From Eledone cirrhosa (taxonomy: Eukaryota), in the NCBI GenBank assembly GCA_964016885.1, contig OZ024740.1, positions 992,001 through 1,056,000 on the forward strand: a DNA stretch of 64,000 nt, read 5' to 3'. The notes beneath the pieces were generated by a model. That model was not told the DNA's origin, made no database searches, and saw only the letters and a list, made by a program, of their open reading frames with translations. Below, piece by piece: positions 51,019 through 64,000 of this stretch. Position numbers and translations under genes: made by a program. How positions within the stretch are numbered: position 1 is the stretch's first letter; each line of letters starts with the position of its first letter.

Positions 51019-53573
51019 AAATGAAATATTTAATCATGCAACGCCTACCTTGAAACATGTAGCTCACTCTGTTATCTACAAAATATTAACTTTCACTTTA
51101 ACATGAGATAATTAGTACATAAAATATAATTATATTAATTAAAGTTATAATTAAGACAGCAGGTATGTGGTGTCGTTGACAGTGTTTCCTTTTCCAGATG
51201 GTGACATGACTTAAAAGTCCCCTACATAATTTAATACATTCAGAAACAACTTCACTTATATCAATTCACACGTTCAATCAATATGTTAGTTCTTTATTCA
51301 GACTTGTGTAAATAACATTCAGAATTTTATATAACTGCTCATATTAAACCAAAATACATTATTAAAGGTAATAAAATATTTAAGAAATGGAAATGAAAAG
51401 AAGGAAAACGAAAACGAATCAAGAAACGTAACTAATGGGTGAGGGTGAGAGACAGACACTATATTCCAGTGTGAGCTGTGATTCAGCCCCACCCTACAGA
51501 CAAAATGGCAAAGGTGTTACCACAAAGAATAGCCAGAGACACCCACTGCAGCATCCACCCCACCTCATGGGACTCATTCCTCAAGTGAGCTGTTGTCTTT
51601 TTAATTTTGAGAAGGAAATCAGCAGTGTGAGGACAGAGAGGAAGTGGTTGGTTAGGCAGCACAGCAGAAATTGAGAGGAAGAGTGCTACTGTTATAAACC
51701 GTTTTCAGTCACAGGAAGGATCTATAGATGTGGTTGATAGCCTCTGCTATCGCTATCTAGGTGACCTAATCAGCAGCAGAGGATGGTGTGCCAAGAGTAG
51801 AGTGGCTTGAATAAGGATCGGATGGAAGTTTAATGAACTACTACTGCTGATAACATAAGGTTTCTCTCTACACACAAAAGGGTATATAAAGCCTGTGTGA
51901 TGTGCACAATACTGCATGGTAGAGAAACATTGGCTGTGACTGCAGATGATACGATTAGATTGGAGAAAAATGAAGCAACCACGTTTTGTTAGATCTGCAA
52001 CATATATGTGAGAGTAAAGCAGAGCTTGGACAAGCTGAGGAAATCCTAGTGGAAGGAAGCTGCAGTAGAGGATGACCAAGAAAGTCAGGGCAAATGTTGT
52101 GAGAGCTTAATTCAAATCGTGAAGTCTGGAAGAGATGACGAAGGAATGTATCTAGTGGAGAGATGTCGTGCTAAGAAGGACCCGTCCAACCCATGCAAGC
52201 ATGGAATAGTAGGTGTAATGATGATACACAAAATATACACTATATATATATGTATATAGTGTACAGACTACATATACACAAAATATACACTATATATATA
52301 CATATAAATAATATGTATATAGTGTGTGCTACATATACACAATATATACACATATAAATACTATATATATAGTGTACGTGCTACATATACACAATATATA
52401 CACTATATATAAATACTGCATATATAGAGTATATGCTACATATAGACAATATATAAACAATATATATACACTATACACACATTATATATAATGTTGTCCA
52501 AGGGAATAGCTGAAACAGCTTGGCACCAATGACATCATATATCATCATTTAATGTCTACTTTCCCTGCTAGCAAGGAAACCAGGGTGCAGTGGGCGACCA
52601 CATCTCTCTTACATATGGTCCCACATTCTACTGAGTATATTTTATTGTGGCACCAGTACTAAAGAGGTTGTCATGTCTTTGACACAACTGAAGGGTCCTA
52701 CCAAACCTTTGTTTGGCAAGAGAAGAATATTGTAAAGTATTTTCAAATGTGAATTATTTCTAAAAAAAAGTCATAATTTGAACTGTCATGAAAGTACCAT
52801 CCAACAAATATGAAAGTTATAAAAATTTTTTTATTTACACATAAATGTGGATATTGTGTCATAAATATAAACATAAACCAGTTAGTGTTTGTAAAATAAC
52901 ACATATAAACACATCAATCTTGTTTTATTTTTTTTGCACTGATGTAGTCATAGGGGTGTCACTGTGGGCATTTGAAGCTTGGTGGAGCCCTTCACTCACC
53001 AGGTTAGAACAGGTGATTTCTTCCAGAGAAGGAGAGAGAATGAGAGAGAGGAAGTGAGAAAGAAATATAGAGAGGAAGAACAGGCCCCTGTGGTAGACTG
53101 GTACTTTTTTGTTATCAACCTTGAATGGATGAAAGGCAAAGTTGACCTCAGCAGGATTTAAACCCAGAGCAGAGAACCAGAACAAATATGGCAGAAAGCA
53201 ATCCATCCATTGTTTTATAGACTTTAAATAACTGTTTCTACTTTTAACTCAAGGCCAGTAATTGGAACGGAAGGAGAAAGTTGATTAAATCAACCCCAGT
53301 GCATTACTGGTACTTTATTTTACTAAAGCTGCGAAGGAAGAAAAGTAAAGCTAACCTCAGCAGGATTTTAACACAGAAAGAATGTTATCTGATGCTCTAC
53401 TGATTCTGCCTATCCACCATCCTCAGCAATGAAATAAGATTGTGTCTCCGTAAGAAACCTTAATGACAAATAATATGAAGTAAAACTTTCTATAGGGTGT
53501 ATTTGTGGATTACAATACAAAACCTCTGAGAATGATTTCTAACATATTTCACCATAATTAATTTTTATTAATA

Positions 53574-55425
53574 CAGATGAAATGCAGTTCGGGTTTGTGT
53601 CAGGCAAAAGTACCACAGACGCTCTTTTCATTGTACGACAACTACAGGAGAAATACCTAGCTAAAAGTAAACCCCTATACTTAGCCTTTGTCGACTTGGA
53701 GAAAGCCTTCGACAGAGTACCCCGTTCCATTATCTGGTGGGCTCTTAGAAAACTAGGTGTTGACAAATGGCTTGTGAGAGCTATACAAGCCATGTATAAA
53801 GAAACAGTGAGCAAGGTTAGAATTAACAACGAATATAGTGAAGTGTTTAGCGTAAAAGTTGGTGTCCATCAGGGCTCTGTTCTTAGCCCCCTACTATTTA
53901 TTATTGCGCTTCAGGCTATAACAGAGGAGTTCAAGACCGGCTGCCCATGGGAACTCCTATACGCAGATGACCTAACGCTCATAGCTGAATCAATGGCCGA
54001 GCTAGAGAAGAAATTCCAAACATGGAAGCACAGCCTAGAATCAAAAGGCCTTAAAATTAACCTGGTTAAGACTAAAGTTCTAGTTTGTAGGAAAGAAAAT
54101 AAGGCGCCGGTCCCTTCCGGGAAATGGCCATGCTCAGTGTGTAGGAAAGGCGTAGGTAGAAACCTCATTTTATGTCCCAAATGCAAAGTATGGGTGCATA
54201 AAAGATGTAGTGGGATCACAGGTAAGCTAACTAAGAACACAGATTTTACATGTGGCCGGTGCTCTGGTGCAATAAGTAGCAGCAAGTGCCCACAAAATAC
54301 TAGCTCTTTCAACTGCGCAGAGGGTTCTATAGAAATAGTGGACAGCTTCCGTTACCTGGGTGACAAAATCAGCAGTGGGGGAGGGTGCTCTGAAAGTACA
54401 GTAGCTAGAGTCAGAACTGGATGCAAAAAGTTCAGAGAGCTTATACCACTATTAGCCGCTAAAGGGTTCTCCCTAAAAATGAAAGGCAGGTTGTATGATG
54501 CCTGCATACGAACAGCAATGTTGCATGGCAGTGAGACCTGGGCATTGTGTGCAGAGGATATACGCAGACTAGAGAGGAACGAAGCTTGCATGCTCCGCTG
54601 GATGTGTAATAGTAATATACGCGAACGGCAAAGCATAAACGAACTAAGGAAAAAATTAGAAATAAGAGGGATCAGATGTTGTTTACTCGAGAGAAGGCTA
54701 CATTGGTATGGTCACGTGATGCGCATGAAAGACAACAGCTGTATAGCAAAGTGCAGGGCAATAAAGATAGATGGTAGCCACGGAGTAGGCAGACCCAGAA
54801 AAACCTGGGACGAGCTGATAAATTCCGACCTCACACACTTACACCTCTCCAAGACAATGTCACTGGACCGAGACCTTTGGCGGTACTCAGTAATAGAGAA
54901 GAGCTGCCTTACCTAAATACAAAGTAAAACCTACTACAGTCAGTAGGCATCTCTAACAAAATACACCCCCGTCCAACCACCCCCACCCCATCCACACCGC
55001 CCCTTTCAATGTAAAGTTATGTTGGTGCCACAAAATCCAGGCCGAAACAAATGAGATCGTGTAGGTGTCACGACAAAAAAAACACACAGTCCACGCTGTA
55101 ATGTGACCGTGTAGGCAACACGGTAAAAACCTCCCAGTCCCACACTGTAAATGTGGTTGGTGTTAGGAAGGGCATCCAAATGTAGAAAACCCGCCAGACA
55201 GTCCGCGCTGTAATGTGGCCGTGTAGGCAACACAGTAAAAACCTCCCAGCCCCACACTGTAAATGTGGTTGGTGTTAGGAAGGGCATCCAACTGTAGAAA
55301 ACCCGCCAGACAGTCCTATGCGAGCAAGACAACCACTCTTGCCTCAAGTGGGAAAACTCCCGTCCAAACCCATGCAAGCGTGGAACATGGACGTTAAACG
55401 ATGATGATGATGATGATGATGATGA
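53574..55425 (+). mobile_element. Young 5'-truncated RTE LINE
   Basis: Uninterrupted 444-aa ORF 53582-54916 (LLYADD). 3' UTR with an internal ~115-bp duplication and (GAT)n tail. Confidence 0.95.
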
Positions 55426-55435
55426 CATATTATTA

Positions 55436-56144
55436 CTAGCAGAATTACCCGGCGTTGCCCAGGTTACTGGTGTTCTTATTCAGATTAGTAAAAAATGAAT
55501 ATGAAGATATGTTTTTTTTTCTCCTAATTATTTCAAACTATCTATATTTTATTAAAAAATTATCAAAATTGTAATGATATTAGAATTTAGAAATGAAAAT
55601 CTGTCAATCTTGAAGCACCTTAGGGTAAACAATATTCATTGTGTAATTTTTTGTTGGTGTCCAAATGAATAATTGTTGCTACACACATACACTCTCACAT
55701 ACATATACTAAGATAGGCACACACAGCATTCCACCTTATTTTCGTGACATTCGCTACACCAAATGAAAATAAAAATTATCACACACTTACCGAGACAAAC
55801 ACACAGACATGCATTCACACACACCTGTCATCACATATGTATCTGTATGTGTAAATGTATGTGAGTGTTTATTTCTCTGAGGTCTAACGTATGTAACCAA
55901 CTCACAAACACACAGACACATACACACTCATATACAATGTGACGTCATCGTCACGGTAGTTTACTATAGTTCACTATGGAAATATTATTTTCGATAAATT
56001 GTTTTAATCCAAATGAAAATAAAAATTACAATGAAAATAAAAATTGACACTCTTGGGGGCCTAATAATTTGTATTGATTTGATCCAAGCGCTTGAGAAAG
56101 CATAGCAATAGACAGAGAGACAAATAATTTTATATATATAGAGA
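55436..56144 (-). mobile_element. Non-autonomous Helitron
   Basis: Minus strand 5' TCTCTATATATA, 3' 'gggcaacgccgggtaattctgCTAG'. A|T flanks. Confidence 0.85.
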
Positions 56145-56565
56145 TCATTAATATTAATTAGGTGAGGTGGATTAGCAAGAACTATTTTACTCTTCTCTTT
56201 TAGATGTCATGATCTACCATGGCATTCCTGAGATCATTAATCTCCAGCTGGACATCCAGAGACATCTCATCTATGTAAGTCAATCTCAGTCATCCCACTA
56301 GGGTCTTACTATGTTTAGGTATCCACAACATTCTTCGGTAGCAATGTCCAGCATATCTTGTCCTCCGTTCCCCACTTATTGTGGTAATCTTCAATATAAG
56401 GCAGTATATTTCTTCCGTTTGAATGAGTAATATATATATATTTTAAAAAACACACACACACACAGACATGTGTTGAGATGTATAAGAGAATGATCTCTCA
56501 ACCTTTACATTTTATCTTCTTCAATCCAGAGTGTCTCTGTATATTTGTGTTTCACGTTTCAGGGA

Positions 56566-57321
56566 TCACAAGTGTTGACTACGTTTGTGAAGAACCAGTG
56601 AAGAATTCTGAGTGAAAGATTTCCCACATATTTCACATGAAGAAAGTTTTTCTCCAGTGTGTATTCTTTTGTGAACTACAAGATTAGAATTACAAGAAAA
56701 GGATTTCCCACATATTTCACAATGGAAGGGATTTTTTCCTGTGTGTATTATTTTGTGAACTACAAGATTAGAATTACAAGAAAAGGATTTCCCACATATT
56801 TCACAATGGAATGGTTTTTCTCCTGTGTGTATTCTTTTGTGAACTACAAGATAAGAATTACAAGAAAAGGATTTCCCACATATTTCACATGAATAAGGTT
56901 TTTCTCCTGTGTGTGTTCTTATATGCCTTTTTAAATCACTGTTCAAGACAAAAGACTTCCCACATATTTCACAATGGAAGGGTTTTTCTCCTGTGTGTAT
57001 TCTTTTGTGATGTACAAGACTAGAACCTTGAGAAAAAGATTTCCCACATATTTCACAATGGAAGGGTTTTTCTCCAGTGTGTGTTCTTTTGTGAGCTACA
57101 AGACTAGAACCTCGAGAAAAAGATTTCCCACATATTTCACATGCAAAAGGTTTTTCTCCTGTGTGTGTTCTATGCCTTTTTAAATCACTGTTGAAGACAA
57201 AAGATTTCCCACATATTTCACAGTGGAAGGGTTTTTCTCCAGTGTGTATTTTCCCATGTGAGGATAGTTTCAGTTTTGAAGGGAAAGTTTTCCTGCAAAT
57301 CTCACAGCTATATTCAGACAT
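56566..57321 (-). CDS. Finger-only C2H2 zinc finger protein, 9 fingers (ZNF copy 4)
   Basis: 251-aa ORF. Finger 2 has a one-codon deletion (HRTH). Fingers 6-8 are near-identical. Confidence 0.9.
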   Translation of the reverse strand: MSEYSCEICRKTFPSKLKLSSHGKIHTGEKPFHCEICGKSFVFNSDLKRHRTHTGEKPFACEICGKSFSRGSSLVAHKRTHTGEKPFHCEICGKSFSQGSSLVHHKRIHTGEKPFHCEICGKSFVLNSDLKRHIRTHTGEKPYSCEICGKSFSCNSYLVVHKRIHTGEKPFHCEICGKSFSCNSNLVVHKIIHTGKNPFHCEICGKSFSCNSNLVVHKRIHTGEKLSSCEICGKSFTQNSSLVLHKRSQHL

Positions 57322-58440
57322 ATTTATAGCTAGTGATCTTTACATATAGGATTCTCACCACTTTTACATTAAGATATGTAGATATCGTTAATATATGCCA
57401 TGTAGTCTAATATACAGAGTGTCCATAAAAGACTGCAGAACTCCGCTTTCTTCTTCTACAAAGTTGTAATGTAGCATTTAGTTGGTAAAGTAATAAGATA
57501 TATGTCATCGTAAGACTGATCTTGGATGAAGAAAAGGCAAGTGTTTATATGTATTTATATATGATTCTTGTGGAATATTCCACTATTATTTTTGTTAAAG
57601 TGAGAGAAGTTCTATTAACAATAAAATCCCCAGCTCATAAAACAGACGAACAAGGCTTCAGTTCAGGTGACAAGAGAATTAATATCCATAATTACAAAAG
57701 ACGAAGGTTAATATATATACATATATATACAGACATACGGTGTGTAAGTATGAGAGAGAGAGTGTGTGTGTGTGTGTGTGTGTGTGTAGAAATATGTGTG
57801 TAGGTGTTGTAATAAATCAAGATATTTCACTTCAGATAGAAAAGTTCACAATGTTTGTGTTGTGATGGAAAACGAAATAATACGTACTTTAGTTTTCAAG
57901 ACTAAATATAAAGTCAAGAAAAGTTAGTAAAAACTAAATGTTCACTGATTTCTGATTAAAATAATATTTTCTTGTCCTGTAAAATGTTGAACAACCACCT
58001 CATCATGTTGGGGGCTTGTTCGTGATGAAATGAAATATTTAATAATACAGGTGATAAAACAACAACTATAATGTAAATAAGTCACCTTATGTTATTTACA
58101 AACATTAACATCCACCTTAATATGAAATAATCACCATAAAAGATAAAATTAGATGAGGTTTAAGTTGTAACAATGGAGCTGATATAAATGGTAATTTTTC
58201 AGTCTAGTTGACACCGGTGTCATGACTTAAAAGTCCCCTACACAATTTAATGCATTCAGAAACAACTTCAGTTATATCAATTCACACGTTCAATCTATGT
58301 TAGTTCTTTATTCAGATTTGTATAAATAACATTATTAATTTTACATAGTTGTTCATATTAAAACAAAACAAATTATTAAAGGTAATAAAATATTTAAGAA
58401 ATGGAAATGTAAAGAAGTATTTTGTTAAACATAAATGTGG

Positions 58441-59016
58441 ATATAAGTTGTAATAATTGTTTCTACGTTAGGCACAAGGCCAGCACTCATCGAGTGTATT
58501 ACTGGTACTTTATTTTATCGACCCCGTAAGGATGAAAGGCAAAGTTAAACTCGGCGGGATTTGAACTCTATGCGTCAAAGCATGGCGTCCGACCCTCTGC
58601 CAATACTGCCAATCCACCGATATAAGTTGTAATAATTGTTTCTACTTTCGGCACAAGGCCAGCCATAACCCAGTGCATTACTGGCACTTTATTTTATCGA
58701 CCTCGTAAGGATGAAAGGCAAAGTCAACCTCGGCGGGATTTGAACTCATATAAGTTGTAATAATTGTTTCTACTTTATGCACAAGGCCAGCAAATTACCC
58801 AGTACATTACTGGTACTTTATTTTATCGACCCCGTAAGGATGAAAGGCAAAGTTAACCTCGGCGGGATTTGAACTCAGACTGTAAAGGGACGTAACTATG
58901 CTAGAAAGCATGGCGTCCAACCCTCTACCGATACTGCCAATTCACCGCCCCATATAAGTTGTAATAATTGTTTCTACTTTAGGCACAAGGCCAGCAATTA
59001 CCCAGTGCATTACTGA
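58441..59016 (-). mobile_element. Stack of four SINE family A copies separated by an identical target sequence
   Basis: atataagttgtaat at 58441, 58620, 58748 and 58952. Confidence 0.9.
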
Positions 59017-59123
59017 ATGGAGCCATTGTAGATAACTTTCCACTGTCTAGTTGACACCGGTGACATAACTTAAAAGTCCCCTATATGATTTAATACATTC
59101 AGAAACAACTTCCGTTAAATGAA

Positions 59124-59525
59124 CTAGCAGAAAACAACACGAAGATAGCATATGTAGTGTGTATATTGATATAATACACAAGTATATATATATATACATG
59201 TAGATATGATACATCAAATAAAATCGTAATTGACAAAATATAATTGTTTCTACTTTAGGCACAAGGCCAGCAATTATCCAGTGCATTACTGGTACTTTAT
59301 TTTATCGACCCCGTAAGGATGAAAGGCAAAGTCAACCTCGGCGGGATTTGAACTCAGATCATAAAGGGACGTAACTATGCTGGAAAGCATGGCGTCCAAC
59401 CCTCTACCGATACTGCCAATCCACCGCCATTGACAAAATATAATACACAGAAATTGAACGAAGACTGTGTTACACTGTCTTATGTAATCAGTAACGTAAT
59501 CCATGATACATTAAAAAAGACGATA
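59124..59525 (-). mobile_element. 3' part of the 5520-family Helitron, containing a SINE (59245-59428, 16-bp TSD)
   Basis: Reverse complement of 5780-5987. TSD attgacaaaatataat at 59229 and 59429. Confidence 0.85.
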
Positions 59526-62656
<3,131 letters not shown>

Positions 62657-63992
62657 TCGTGGGGCGTTGGACGGACGGACCGGTTAAATTGCTCGGGGTC
62701 TGGTTCGGACCGGACCTCCAGATGGAGAAAAACTGGTACGAGGTGACGAACAGGGTAGCCTCCCTCACCCAGAAATGGGCCGAGAGGAAGCTGTCCCTGA
62801 AAGGCCGGGCGGAGGTGGCGAATGCGTACATCGCATCCGTTATCTGCTACCGCCTTACCGTCGTCCCTTGCTCCAGCCGAACTCTCACCAAAATGGAGCG
62901 CCTCCTCTTCCTCTTTTTGTGGAAGGGACGCGCTCCCATGGTCAGACGATCCATCTGCTGCCAACACCCGTTGCGTGGAGGACCGGGCATGCCATGGCTG
63001 ATGATGCGCAAACATGCGCTGAGGCTGTGACATCTCTGGTGCTTCCTTGATGATGAACAGGTGTGGTCGCCGTTCGCCAGGCACGTTTTCCCATAGCTCG
63101 TCTCCTTGACGGAGCTGCAGTCCTGGGTCAGAAAAAGATCGAGGGATAGCGCTTGGAAACTGGAATGTCTCCAGGCGCTCACTGCCCTCTGCCAGCTGGG
63201 CACCAGTATCGGTTGAACATCCACCTCGGCGTTCTATAGAGGACTAGTGGAGGGGAACAGCGACGACATTCTCGGAGAGATCCTGGGCGTCGAAGAAGAT
63301 CAGCTGTTTGCTCTCTTCCGGAGAACTTTCAGCCCGGGGCCTATGGATAACTTCCAAAAATCCCTGGCCTGGCAGTGCTACCGGGGAGCGCTGCCGGTTC
63401 GAGATAAGCTCTACAGGCACGGAAGTGTCGTCAGCCGAGCCTGTCCGAGATGCGCACAGAGCGACGAAACCGTCGTGCACGCACTCTTTCAGTGCCCGAG
63501 CATTGCTGACTTGTGGAGCTATGTCGGACAGTTGCTGTCGCGTGTGGGACTGATCCGGTTGTCGACTGAGTCCATTGTGCAGATGGTCTCGCCGTCTTCC
63601 TTCGAGGAGGAAGGGCAGGCGGTTTTCATCTGTCTGGTGGCCATGGCGAAAGAGATTGTGTGGTGGACAAGGTTAAAAGGGTTAAAGACAGACACTTTCC
63701 TCTTTGGCGAATCCCTAATTAACTTTTTCAAGAAAATTAGGGTGGAGAGGCAAGTGCTGCCTTCTAGCAAGTTTGTTGAAAGGTGGGTGAATGTAGCGAG
63801 AATGGCCCGAGTGAACGGGACCACTCTGAATATACGTCTGTAGTTTGAGAGATGGAAGAATTGAGAGAGGGCCCTTGCCCTGGTGGTCAGGGTGGCCGTA
63901 GTCTTTTGTGTGGTTTTCGCCACGAGTAACCCTCGGAGGTTTCCCCCCTATTGTGGAATTTTTCATTGTTTCAATTTTCATTTTTATTGTTT
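62657..63992 (+). mobile_element. L1/Tx1-clade LINE 3' fragment
   Basis: VKLLGVWFG...W..RKLSLKGR, GGPGMP and zinc knuckle CPRC....ETVVHALFQC. In-frame stops. Begins at (CA)n and ends at (TA)n. Confidence 0.88.
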
Positions 63993-64000
63993 ATATATAT

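Overview
Eukaryotic, AT-rich, repeat-dense DNA. It is most consistent with an octopus-type cephalopod genome, inferred from the SINE families and the tandem finger-only C2H2 genes. The backbone is a C2H2 zinc-finger gene cluster built from one duplicated unit. Three long ORFs (7369-8064+, 21263-22108+, 56566-57321-), one collapsed pseudogene (38943-39111+) and two older relics lie in direct and large inverted duplications. The rest is nested mobile DNA: many RTE LINE pieces, CR1, CRE-like and Tx1-like LINE fragments, two tRNA-derived SINE families, non-autonomous Helitrons, a tRNA-Trp-primed non-autonomous LTR element and a Naiad-type Penelope element. Four signals stand out. (1) Penelope-type inserts, several with minimal hammerhead ribozyme motifs, sit in the homologous (TA)n tracts just upstream of different ZNF paralogs. 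(2) Internal fingers are shuffled between fixed first and last fingers. (3) SINEs are stacked at the tip of a 64-bp palindrome. (4) An 8-bp two-variant satellite has its short ancestral seed preserved in the paralogous block. All calls were made by eye with no database searches. Most components belong to known families, and any novelty lies in their arrangement.
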